Assembly (NCBI GenBank): GCA_964361105.1 | Contig: CAYHZG010000002.1 | Location: 1 to 38,925, forward strand | DNA from: an uncultured Candidatus Saccharibacteria bacterium | GTDB taxonomy: Bacteria > Patescibacteriota > Minisyncoccia > 2-02-FULL-40-12 | Length of the DNA: 38,925 bases | Reading direction: 5' to 3' | Part shown: one piece after another, positions 15,139-23,414 of the stretch | Layout of the letters: each line of letters opens with the position of its first letter | How positions within the stretch are numbered: the first letter of the stretch is position 1 | The notes under the pieces: model-generated | Told to the model about the DNA's origin: nothing | Databases searched by the model: none | The model's input: the letters and a program-made list of their open reading frames with translations, nothing else | Position numbers and translations under genes: made by a program

Positions 15139-17232
15139 ATGAAAACAAAGAAAGGGGGCGACACTAATTCACTGACCAAGTTGCTGATTGTGTTTTTGAT
15201 TTGGCTAGTAGTTTTGGGGATAATAGGTTTCTTGGTTGCCTTTGCCTATCTGGCTCCCCAGATTCCTGACCCTCAAAGCATTATTACTAGACGCGTTAGT
15301 GAGTCAACTAAAATCTTTGACCGCGATGGCAAGATAACTTTGTTTAACGTTCATGGTGATGAAAAAAGAACCATTGTTCAGATGGAAGAAATTTCTGACT
15401 ACGTAAAGAGGGCGGTAATCACTGCTGAAGATGATAATTTTTACAGCCACCGGGGTTTAGATCTAAAAGGAGTAATCAGGGCGGTTTTTGTCAATATTAA
15501 AGCCAGGGATCCATTTTCCCAGGGCGGTTCAACCATAACCCAACAACTGGTCCGAAATTCACTACTCGGCGTTCAGAAAGCTTATTCTAGAAAATTAAAA
15601 GAAGTAATCCTGGCTCTCCAGGTTGAACAAAAATTTGATAAGGACCGGATTCTCTGGATGTATCTAAACCAAATTCCCTTTGGCTCGAATATTTTTGGAA
15701 TTGAAGAGGCGGCTAAAGATTACTTCGGAAAACCAGCCAGAGAACTTATCCTAAACGAATCGGCAGTTTTAGCTGCTTTAATTAAGGCGCCGAGTTACTA
15801 CTCGCCTTATGGTTCTCATAAGGATGAACTGCTGAAAAGAAAAGATTTGATTTTGGAAAGAATGTTTAAACTTGAGTTGATAAGCGAAGGAGAATTTAAT
15901 CAAGCAAAAAATGAAGAGCTAAAACTTGCTTCTCCGACTAATGGCGGAATCCTGGCCCCTCATTTTGTAATGATGGTTCGGGAATACTTGGTTGAAAAAT
16001 ACGGCGAGGACTTGGTTCAAAATGGTGGACTAAAAGTTTATACGACTTTGGACTGGGAAATGCAACAAAAGGCCGAAGAGATTGTCCAAAAGTATGCCGA
16101 TAGAAACGAGGAACTGTTTAAAGCCGGGAATGCGGCCTTAGTGGCTCTTGGCCCCAAAAGCGGAGATATATTGGCCCTGGTCGGCTCAAGAAACTATTTT
16201 GATATTGAAAAAGAAGGAAACTTTAACGTCATCACTGCTTTTAGGCAACCGGGTTCGGCTTTCAAGCCAATAGTTTATTCGGTTGCTTTAGATAACGGTT
16301 TAACTGACAAAACAATCTTATTTGACGCGAAAACAGAATTCAATCCCTACTGTTCTCCTGATGGGACCCAAGAAAAAGATCAATTTGATCTTGAATGTTA
16401 TCACCCCCAAAACTCTGATGAAAAATTCAGGGGAGCAGTGACCCTAAGGCAGGCCCTGGGCAGCTCTTTAAACATACCTTCAGTCAAAATCCTTTACCTG
16501 GCTGGAATCAAAGAATCGCTTAAAAGGGCAGGCGATCTGGGAATAAAATTCTTAGGAGACACTAAAGATTTTGGATTGTCCCTGGTTTTGGGCGGCGGCG
16601 ACGTTCGGCCTCTTGATTTAGTGGCGGCCTATGGTGTTCTCGCCAACGATGGCATCTATAATGAGTCGGTTTTTATTCTTAAAGTCGAGGACTCGGAAGG
16701 AAAAATAATTGAGGAGTTTAGTCCTGACCCCCAAAGAAGGGTGGCCGAACAAACAGCCAGAATGATCAATGATATTTTATCGGATAATTCAGCCAGAGCC
16801 CTGCTTTTTGGATTAAATAGTACTCTATATATTTCGTCTCATCAGGTGGCGGTAAAGACCGGAACAACTCAAAAGTTCCGCGATGCTTGGACCATTGGCT
16901 ACACCCCGTCCTTAGCCGTCGGGGTCTGGGTAGGCAATAATGACAATGCTGAAATGACCCGCGAAGGAGGCGGCATTTCGGCTGGAGCGCCGATCTGGAG
17001 AGAATTTATAACGGAGGTGCTAAAAAACCAACCAGATGAAGAGTTTCCAAAACCAGAACCAGTCTTTATCGATAAAATAATGCTGAATGGAAATTACACT
17101 GGCGAAGACGGGCAGCTCCACACTATTTTACACTATATAGACAAAAACGACCCTCGGGGCTCGGTCCCATCTAATCCTGAATCTGACCCGCAATACAATC
17201 ACTGGGAGTGGTCAGTAAAAAATGGTTTTTAA
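15139..17232 (+). CDS. Bifunctional class A penicillin-binding protein (glycosyltransferase/transpeptidase, PBP1A type)
   Basis: 697 aa with GT51 motifs 'EDDNFYSHRGLD', 'GGSTITQQL' and 'RKLKE', and transpeptidase motifs 'SAFKP', 'SLN' and 'KTGTT'. Confidence 0.92.
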   Translation: MKTKKGGDTNSLTKLLIVFLIWLVVLGIIGFLVAFAYLAPQIPDPQSIITRRVSESTKIFDRDGKITLFNVHGDEKRTIVQMEEISDYVKRAVITAEDDNFYSHRGLDLKGVIRAVFVNIKARDPFSQGGSTITQQLVRNSLLGVQKAYSRKLKEVILALQVEQKFDKDRILWMYLNQIPFGSNIFGIEEAAKDYFGKPARELILNESAVLAALIKAPSYYSPYGSHKDELLKRKDLILERMFKLELISEGEFNQAKNEELKLASPTNGGILAPHFVMMVREYLVEKYGEDLVQNGGLKVYTTLDWEMQQKAEEIVQKYADRNEELFKAGNAALVALGPKSGDILALVGSRNYFDIEKEGNFNVITAFRQPGSAFKPIVYSVALDNGLTDKTILFDAKTEFNPYCSPDGTQEKDQFDLECYHPQNSDEKFRGAVTLRQALGSSLNIPSVKILYLAGIKESLKRAGDLGIKFLGDTKDFGLSLVLGGGDVRPLDLVAAYGVLANDGIYNESVFILKVEDSEGKIIEEFSPDPQRRVAEQTARMINDILSDNSARALLFGLNSTLYISSHQVAVKTGTTQKFRDAWTIGYTPSLAVGVWVGNNDNAEMTREGGGISAGAPIWREFITEVLKNQPDEEFPKPEPVFIDKIMLNGNYTGEDGQLHTILHYIDKNDPRGSVPSNPESDPQYNHWEWSVKNGF

Positions 17233-17234
17233 AA

Positions 17235-18293
17235 CTAAGAACTGGTAGCTCTGTATTTTGGCGTAACTATTTTATCCATCAATTTAAAAAGTGGGTAAAA
17301 TTTTGAAACCGGAAAATCAAAAGCCCCGAGATAGTTGAATCTTTTGCCATCAAAAGCTCTTTTAAAAAGAGTAAAGCCATGCCAAGGATGGTTTTTATCG
17401 TCTTCGGGTCCAAGCCCCCAAAAGTCAAATGTTTTGACGCCGACTCTCTTTAAGTCCTTTAATATCCCCCAAATATAACCGTAATTGAAAAATTTACTAT
17501 ATTGTTTATGCCTTCCGGTTCCACCCCAGATATAAAAAGCCCTGTCTCCCAAAACAAGGACTATGCCGTAAGCTAAAATAAGGCCTTTGACTTTAGCAAT
17601 ATAAAACCTGACTGCTCCCAATCTGGTCATCTCGTTAAGCAAAAAAATAAACTGTTTGAATGGTCTTAAAGGAAAAGAAAATCTTTTACCGGTTATTCGG
17701 TAAAGGTTATAAAAGCCTTTTAAATCATCTTGGGTGACCTCATCGCTTTTTAAAGTTTCAACTGTTATTAATTCTCTTTCTGAACGATAAATTAAGTTCC
17801 TGGCTGTTCTTCTGAATTTTTTAAGTAGTTCTTCTTCAGAAGGCGTCAAATCAATTAAGAGAGTGGAAGACGGTTGAACGGTCTTAAAATATTCTTTAAA
17901 GTCGCTTTCTTTTAAAACCCTAACCAACTCCTCATTTTCTTCAACTGGCGGCTCCAAACGCAAAAAAAGAGTTTTAGGGTCTTTTAATTTTTCTATAAAA
18001 AAAACTTTAAGGGCGCTGATTACTTCTTTGACTAATTCCGGGTTTCCCCAGTCGGTTACTGGGCCTCTTGGAATATAGAACAGAGAAAATCCAAGAGGCA
18101 GCCTTCTTTTTAGCAATTGGGCTACCCCCTTTAATTCTCCTTCTTTTAAAAAACCAATTCTCTGGCTTTCCCAGTTGAATTTAGATTTAATCTCTCCCCA
18201 TTCCCAAGATTGAAGAATGTCTTTATATTTTGAACTGAGCAGGAAATCATTGTATTTTTTTCTGTCGTTTTCATTAAAAATAATTAAATCCAT
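17235..18293 (-). CDS. FemAB-family peptidoglycan interpeptide-bridge aminoacyltransferase
   Basis: 'ILQSWEWGEIKSKFNWESQRIGF' and 'LFYIPRGPV' are typical of the FemX/FemAB family. Start set at the second ATGGAT (18293), because the 24 upstream codons are the repeat element. Confidence 0.85.
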   Translation of the reverse strand: MDLIIFNENDRKKYNDFLLSSKYKDILQSWEWGEIKSKFNWESQRIGFLKEGELKGVAQLLKRRLPLGFSLFYIPRGPVTDWGNPELVKEVISALKVFFIEKLKDPKTLFLRLEPPVEENEELVRVLKESDFKEYFKTVQPSSTLLIDLTPSEEELLKKFRRTARNLIYRSERELITVETLKSDEVTQDDLKGFYNLYRITGKRFSFPLRPFKQFIFLLNEMTRLGAVRFYIAKVKGLILAYGIVLVLGDRAFYIWGGTGRHKQYSKFFNYGYIWGILKDLKRVGVKTFDFWGLGPEDDKNHPWHGFTLFKRAFDGKRFNYLGAFDFPVSKFYPLFKLMDKIVTPKYRATSS

Positions 18294-18359
18294 CCCATTA
18301 GAAATCCGACTCGCCTTTGGCGAGTCGGCAAAAATCTCTGATTTTTTATTTCTAACGGG
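18294..18359 (-). repeat. 66-nt TIR element between the dnaN stop and the FemAB start
   Basis: 65/66 identical to 23349-23414 in the opposite orientation. Arms are CCCGTTAGAAAT and ATTTCTAATGGG. Internal hairpin CCGACTCGCC-AAAG-GCGAGTCGG at 18306-18328. ATGGAT flanks both sides. Confidence 0.9.
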
Positions 18360-18364
18360 ATCCA

Positions 18365-19465
18365 TTATGTTTTTAGGGGCATAATCAAATAAGTAAAATT
18401 TAGGTCTTGATCTTTTGGTCTTAAAGTTATTGGCGCCCCTTCGCCAGCGTATTCAAAAACAATATCTTCAGAAGAGATATTCTTTAGGCCGTCTACCAGA
18501 TAATTATAGTTTAGCAAAACTTCAAATGGTTCATTAATTTGAATATTGGGATTATTTTTGACTCTCGAGTTAAACTCGCCTCGGTCAGAATTTTTAGAAA
18601 ACACGACCGCCTCTTTTTTGTCAATCCTCAAACCGATGTCGTTTATATTGCTTGAAAACAGTCCGGCTAATCTTATGTTATTTTGAAGGTCTTCTTTTTT
18701 GAATAAAACCTGGGAAACTGATTTTGTGGGGATAACTTTTTGATAATCTGGATACCGGCCCTCAACCAAACGGGAAATAATTTCAAAATCATCTGAAGAA
18801 AACTGAATCTGATTTTCCTCTATGCTGATTAAAGTATCTTTTTCATAGTCAGAAAAGATTCTTATTAGCTCGGCCACAGTATTTCTTGGAATTATTACCG
18901 AGATTTGTTTGTTGCAATTTATGTCGATTATTTTTTCAGTCAGACGGAAACTATCAGTAGAAGCAAGATAAATTTTCGTTTTATTAAAACTAATAAAAAC
19001 ACCACCGAGTTCTGGTCTGGTTTGGGAAACAGAAATTGAATCAAATACAGAAGCCAAGGCGTTTTTTAAAACCCGACTCGGTAAGGTGACCACCGGATCC
19101 TTTTTTAATTTAGGAATTAGTGGGAAATCTTTAGGGTCGAGGCAAATAAATTTTGTCTTAAAATTAATACTTTGAATATTTAAAATATTATCCTTTAAAA
19201 GGAGCTCTATTTTGTCATCTTTGATATTAGAAACAAAATCGGAAAATATTTTTGCCGGTATGGCTACCTTACCTTCATTCTCGGTGGTAGCTTTAAGATA
19301 GTAATTTATTCCCAATTCTAAATTAGTAGTTGAAAGATTGACTTGATTATTTTTAAAAGTCATTAAAATAGCATTTAAAACCGGCAGGTTTAGATTTTTA
19401 CCGACAATATTTTTAACCGTGTTTAAACCTTGCTGAAGATTTCTAGTTATTATTGTAATTTTCAT
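18365..19465 (-). CDS. dnaN: DNA polymerase III beta sliding clamp
   Basis: 366 aa with a three-domain beta-clamp pattern, directly downstream of dnaA. Confidence 0.9.
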   Translation of the reverse strand: MKITIITRNLQQGLNTVKNIVGKNLNLPVLNAILMTFKNNQVNLSTTNLELGINYYLKATTENEGKVAIPAKIFSDFVSNIKDDKIELLLKDNILNIQSINFKTKFICLDPKDFPLIPKLKKDPVVTLPSRVLKNALASVFDSISVSQTRPELGGVFISFNKTKIYLASTDSFRLTEKIIDINCNKQISVIIPRNTVAELIRIFSDYEKDTLISIEENQIQFSSDDFEIISRLVEGRYPDYQKVIPTKSVSQVLFKKEDLQNNIRLAGLFSSNINDIGLRIDKKEAVVFSKNSDRGEFNSRVKNNPNIQINEPFEVLLNYNYLVDGLKNISSEDIVFEYAGEGAPITLRPKDQDLNFTYLIMPLKT

Positions 19466-19680
19466 AATATAAATTTAATAAAGATAATAATAAGCTTTGT
19501 GGAAAAGTAATTAAATCAAATGTTTATCCATATAATACCTAAATAAATCTATTTTAATTACTAATTGATAAACTATTGATAATTTTGTTATAAGGTCTTA
19601 AGTTTTAAACTTATTTTAAAACTTTCAAGTTTAAATCTTCAAAATAACAAACTCAAATCAACATATCTATCTACAACTTG
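19466..19680. promoter_or_regulatory. AT-rich dnaA-dnaN intergenic region with DnaA-box-like 9-mers
   Basis: TGTGGAAAA (19498-19506) and TTATCCATA (19524-19532) are each one mismatch from TGTGGATAA/TTATCCACA. The spacer is extremely AT-rich. Confidence 0.5.
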
Positions 19681-21051
19681 TCAGGCCTTATTATAAATCC
19701 TTTCCCTGATTAAATTTATTTCTTGTTTCATATTTTCATTATTTTCCACTTCTTCAACAATTTTCCGATAGGCATGAATCACTGTTGAGTGATCTTTTCC
19801 TCCCAAACGACTACCAATATCCGGAAAAGATGCCTTAGTATCTTCCCTTAAAAGATACATTGCAATCTGGCGTGGCTTGACTAAAAATGTTTTCCTGCTC
19901 TTTTTAAGAAGTTCATTTAAAGTAAGGCCATAAAAATCGCAAACAACTTTTACTATTGCCTGGGCGTTTGTTTTTCGGTAACTGGCCTGGACATAGGCCT
20001 TTAAGAGTTTTTCTACTTCTTTTGGAGTTGGCTCTCGGCCGGTCAAGTCGCTTACCGCAATAATTCTATTTAAAGCACCTTCAAGCTCTCTTATATTTTT
20101 CTGAATATTAGTAGCGATGCATTCTAAGACTTCGTCTGGCAAAGAGATCGGCTTATTCTTTACCTTTGTTTTCAGAATAGCCAGACGAGTTTCATAATCA
20201 GGAATATTAATGTCAGCGATCATTCCTCCTTCAAATCTCGATTTTAACCTTTCTTCAATGGCCGACAAGGCCTTTGGCGGCCGGTCGGAAGATAGAATAA
20301 TCTGTTTATTCCGGTTATATAAATTATTAAAAGTGGCGAAAAATATGTTTTGAGTAGTTTCCTTGGCCGCCAAAAACTGAATATCATCAACGATTAAGAC
20401 GTCTCTTTGGGCATATTTTGTTTTAACTTCTTCTATGGTTTTGTTCTTTATTCCTTCAATGAGTTCAGAAACCATTTTTTCAGCCGGCAAGTAGATGATT
20501 TTCTTATCGGGATTATCCTTTAATATTTTATTGGCAATGCCTTGAAGTAAATGAGTTTTACCTAAACCCACTCCTCCATAAATAAAAAGAGGGTTATAAA
20601 TCTTGCCCAAGCTTTTAACTACAGCCATACTGGCCGCATAGGCCAGTTCATTACTTGGGCCAACAACAAAACCATCAAGAGTGTACTTTCTGTTCAGGTT
20701 TGTTTTGGGGTCAATGTCGGTGTCTGAGTTTATTTCTTGGATTTGTTCAAGCTGTATCTCCCTGGTTAGAATCTTTGAGTCCGATGTTTTTACAAAAGGG
20801 TTACCAACAACGTAATTAATTTCTCTAATATCGTTATCGGCCTGCTTTAAGCATTGAAAAATCACTTTATTAAATTTATTTTGGATCCATTCTTTAACAA
20901 AGCCATTAGGAACACTGATTACAACCTGTCCATTTTCTTTGGAAATAATTTTAGTGTCTTTAAACCAGGTAACAAAGCTGGCTTTGCTCAAAGACATCTC
21001 CATTTCACCCAAAACACCTTTCCAAATATCTTCATTAGTTAGAGTGGTCAT
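19681..21051 (-). CDS. dnaA: Chromosomal replication initiator DnaA
   Basis: 456 aa with Walker A 'GGVGLGKTHLL', 'LIVDDIQFL' and a C-terminal DNA-binding domain ('GGKDHSTVIHAYRKI'). Confidence 0.95.
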   Translation of the reverse strand: MTTLTNEDIWKGVLGEMEMSLSKASFVTWFKDTKIISKENGQVVISVPNGFVKEWIQNKFNKVIFQCLKQADNDIREINYVVGNPFVKTSDSKILTREIQLEQIQEINSDTDIDPKTNLNRKYTLDGFVVGPSNELAYAASMAVVKSLGKIYNPLFIYGGVGLGKTHLLQGIANKILKDNPDKKIIYLPAEKMVSELIEGIKNKTIEEVKTKYAQRDVLIVDDIQFLAAKETTQNIFFATFNNLYNRNKQIILSSDRPPKALSAIEERLKSRFEGGMIADINIPDYETRLAILKTKVKNKPISLPDEVLECIATNIQKNIRELEGALNRIIAVSDLTGREPTPKEVEKLLKAYVQASYRKTNAQAIVKVVCDFYGLTLNELLKKSRKTFLVKPRQIAMYLLREDTKASFPDIGSRLGGKDHSTVIHAYRKIVEEVENNENMKQEINLIRERIYNKA

Positions 21052-21204
21052 GTTTTTTCTTAATTCTATTTTATAGATACGTCGATTAACAATTTATTTA
21101 AGTTGAGAATTTGTTGATAATAAGTTGATTAGCATAATTATTATATTCTCGATTGTCAAACCTAACAATTGACCAGTTTTAAGAAAAAGGTTAATTTAAA
21201 AAGC
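21052..21204. promoter_or_regulatory. Candidate oriC / divergent promoter region between dnaA and rpmH
   Basis: AT-rich spacer between divergently oriented dnaA and rpmH. TGTTGATAA (21112-21120) is one mismatch from a DnaA box. Gene orientation switches here. Confidence 0.5.
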
Positions 21205-21351
21205 ATGACCAGAGCAAAAGCATTAACCTTTCATCCATCAAAAAAGAAAAAAGCAAGAAAGCACGGGTTTAGAAAAAGAATCGAGACCCAGGCTGGAAAA
21301 AAAGTTTTACTGAGAAGAAGAAGAAAGGGCAGAAAAAGAATAATCCCCTAG
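21205..21351 (+). CDS. rpmH: 50S ribosomal protein L34
   Basis: '[39 protein letters not shown]'. ATG 21205 gives the usual length of about 48 aa; the track start TTG 21169 is probably too long. Confidence 0.9.
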   Translation: MTRAKALTFHPSKKKKARKHGFRKRIETQAGKKVLLRRRRKGRKRIIP

Positions 21352-21358
21352 GTTAAAG

Positions 21359-21694
21359 ATGTCTTTACCAAGAAAATATTGTTTGTCCAGCAAATCTGAG
21401 ATTGAAGGAGTTTTTAAAAAGGGAAAGTATCTGAACTCTGAGTTGTTTTCCATAAAATTTTCCCCAAATAGTACTAATTTCAGCAGATTGGCAGTAATCG
21501 TCGGCAAAAAGAGCTCAAAGAAATCGGTTTTAAGGAATAGAATCAAAAGATTGGTGAGTGAAATTATACGGTTGAATTACTCAAGGATTAAACCCGGTTA
21601 TAATATCGTTTTAATAGTTAAATCTCGGGCCATAAATGAGGAATACAGAGATTTAAAAGAAGCTTTAGTTAAAAGATTGAGTGAAATTGGCTAA
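21359..21694 (+). CDS. rnpA: Ribonuclease P protein component
   Basis: 111-aa basic protein in the conserved position after rpmH, containing 'NRIKRLVSEIIR'. Confidence 0.88.
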   Translation: MSLPRKYCLSSKSEIEGVFKKGKYLNSELFSIKFSPNSTNFSRLAVIVGKKSSKKSVLRNRIKRLVSEIIRLNYSRIKPGYNIVLIVKSRAINEEYRDLKEALVKRLSEIG

Positions 21695-21921
21695 TGAAAA
21701 CGTTAACTATTGGTCTGATAAAACTATATCAAAGTACTTTTTCGCCTAATCACGGCCTTGAATTTTTTGGTTTTTTGACCGGTTGCCGGTTTTACCCTTC
21801 CTGTTCCGAGTATTCAATTCAGGCGATAAATAAGCACGGCCTGATAAGGGGCCTTTTTAAATCAATCGTAAGGATTTTAAAGTGCAATCCATGGTCAAGA
21901 GGCGGAGTTGATTTACCATGA
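21694..21921 (+). CDS. yidD: Membrane protein insertion efficiency factor YidD
   Basis: 75 aa with 'CRFYPSCSEYSIQAINKHG' and 'LKCNPWSRGGVD'. TGA stop at 21919-21921. Confidence 0.92.
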   Translation: MKTLTIGLIKLYQSTFSPNHGLEFFGFLTGCRFYPSCSEYSIQAINKHGLIRGLFKSIVRILKCNPWSRGGVDLP

Positions 21922-22063
21922 CCCAGTAGTAGAAATTCGGCAGGTTTTTAGCCATGTCGTTGTAATCTACTGGGAGCAGATTAATAATAATTTTTGTTAA
22001 TTTTTGGCAATATCTAGTTTTATAAAACCAAACTAAGACATATGCCGAATTTTCACTACTGGG
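21922..22063 (-). mobile_element. 142-bp ORF-less (MITE-like) derivative of the GIY-YIG cassette, inserted in the yidD/yidC ATGA junction
   Basis: TIRs CCCAGTAGTAGAAATTCGGCA (21922-21942) and TGCCGAATTTTCACTACTGGG (22043-22063) are 19/21 complementary. They have the same two end variants (GTAGTAGAAATTCG and GTAGTGAAAATTCG) as 1440-1753, but inverted. Direct ATGA at 21918-21921 and 22064-22067. Confidence 0.75.
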
Positions 22064-22858
22064 ATGACTGGATTATTTAACTCAATTTTATACATTCCGT
22101 TTTTCAATCTTCTTGTTTTTTTGTATAACACCGTTGCTTTTCACGATTTTGGCTTGGCCATAATCTTACTGACTCTGGTTATTAGGTTAGTTCTTAGCCC
22201 CTTGTCTATTAAGACATTTAAATCACAAAAGATTTTAAGCGAGCTTCAACCAAAGATTAAAGAAATTCAAGAGAAATTCAAAAATGATCCTCAAAAACAA
22301 ACCCAGCAGATTATGGAAACATATAAACAGTACAAGGCCAACCCGTTTTCGGGATGCCTGCCCTTATTAATTCAACTCCCGATTTTAATAGCTCTTTACC
22401 AGGTCTCACTCGCTGGTTTTGAAAAAAATTCACTCTCGGCTTTATACAGCTTTGTTAAGAATCCCGAGTTTTTAAATCAGACATCTTTAGGGTTTATTGA
22501 TTTGACTAAAAGAAGTGTTTTTCTTTCGGTATTTGCCGGCGTTAGTCAATTTTTACAAACTAAGCTAAGCCTCAATTTCCAGAAGAATCCCGCCCTTCAA
22601 AAATCTCCCAAAACGACAGCGATTCCGCAACGAGCCGTAAGCGGCTCGGCGGAACCTTCGACGAGCAATCCCATCGCTTCAATGAACCAACAAATGTTGT
22701 ATTTTTTGCCCATTATCACTATAATTATTTCGATGAGTTTTCCAGCTGGTCTGCCGCTTTATTGGATAGCCACAACTTTGTTTTCGGTTCTAGAACAGGT
22801 ATACATTAATAAGACATATGCAAAACCAAATCGAAAACCTGATTTCTCAAACCGTTAA
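22064..22858 (+). CDS. yidC: Membrane protein insertase YidC (short, Gram-positive-like form)
   Basis: 264 aa with 'GCLPLLIQLPILIALY' and 'PAGLPLYWIATTLFSVLEQ'. Confidence 0.92.
   Translation: MTGLFNSILYIPFFNLLVFLYNTVAFHDFGLAIILLTLVIRLVLSPLSIKTFKSQKILSELQPKIKEIQEKFKNDPQKQTQQIMETYKQYKANPFSGCLPLLIQLPILIALYQVSLAGFEKNSLSALYSFVKNPEFLNQTSLGFIDLTKRSVFLSVFAGVSQFLQTKLSLNFQKNPALQKSPKTTAIPQRAVSGSAEPSTSNPIASMNQQMLYFLPIITIIISMSFPAGLPLYWIATTLFSVLEQVYINKTYAKPNRKPDFSNR
22623..22654. repeat. GC-rich hairpin inside the yidC coding sequence
   Basis: TTCCGC-aa-CGAGCCG-TAAG-CGGCTCG-GCGGAA forms a 13-bp interrupted stem. It encodes part of the hydrophilic stretch 'IPQRAVSGSAEPS'. Confidence 0.7.
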
Positions 22859-23291
22859 AGACCTTTTTCAAAGAGCCGGTTTTAATTTCAATGATTTGAA
22901 TATAGAAAAAAATGGGGATGGGCAAGAAGAGGCATTTATAGTCAAAATCCAGTCGGACGATGATTGTTCTCTGTTACTGAGTGACAAAGGCAGGAGTTTG
23001 AGAGCTTTTGAGTATATTGCTAGAATTCTGGCTGTAAAAGAGTCAAACCAGAAAATCAGTTTGATTATTGATCTAAATAATTTTTTAGAGAAGAGAAACA
23101 GCCGAATCTCCGAATTAGCCAGACTAGTAGCTAAAAAGGTCCAAACTACCCAAAAGTCATTTGCTTTAAGGCCAATGTCAGCCTATGAAAGGCGTTTAGT
23201 TCATCTCGAACTGGCTACTTGGCCAGACATTAGAACTGAAAGCATTGGCGAAGAACCAAAACGACGAGTAGTAATAAAACCAGGTCAATAA
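22818..23291 (+). CDS. Jag/KhpB-type RNA-binding protein (KH + R3H)
   Basis: 157 aa in the conserved position after yidC, with R3H motif 'SAYERRLVHLELA'. Confidence 0.85.
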   Translation: MQNQIENLISQTVKDLFQRAGFNFNDLNIEKNGDGQEEAFIVKIQSDDDCSLLLSDKGRSLRAFEYIARILAVKESNQKISLIIDLNNFLEKRNSRISELARLVAKKVQTTQKSFALRPMSAYERRLVHLELATWPDIRTESIGEEPKRRVVIKPGQ

Positions 23292-23348
23292 TCAGATATT
23301 AGGTTATCAGTACTTAGGGTAAAAGGAAAACCCTATTTTTTTATGGAT

Positions 23349-23414
23349 CCCGTTAGAAATAAAAAATCAGAGATTTTTGCCGACTCGCCAGAGGCGAGTC
23401 GGATTTCTAATGGG
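23349..23414 (+). repeat. 66-nt TIR element abutting the flippase start codon
   Basis: Arms CCCGTTAGAAAT (23349-23360) and ATTTCTAATGGG (23403-23414). Hairpin CCGACTCGCC-AGAG-GCGAGTCGG at 23380-23402. Flanked by ATGGAT at 23343-23348 and 23415-23420. Confidence 0.9.

Noticed and set aside
17235-18365. The shared N-terminus MDPVRNKKSEIFADSP.ASRISNG on the FemAB and flippase ORFs (also 23343-23414) could be read as a conserved targeting or signal domain.
   Set aside because: The identity is at nucleotide level (65/66). The stretch has terminal inverted repeats and an internal GC hairpin, is bracketed by duplicated ATGGAT, and each host protein has a normal-looking start at the second ATG. I treat it as a repeat element or leader, not a protein domain, although read-through translation cannot be excluded.
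21169-21204. The TTG-initiated 12-codon N-terminal extension of L34 in the ORF track.
   Set aside because: L34 proteins are about 44-48 aa. The internal ATG at 21205 gives the canonical length and N-terminal sequence context.
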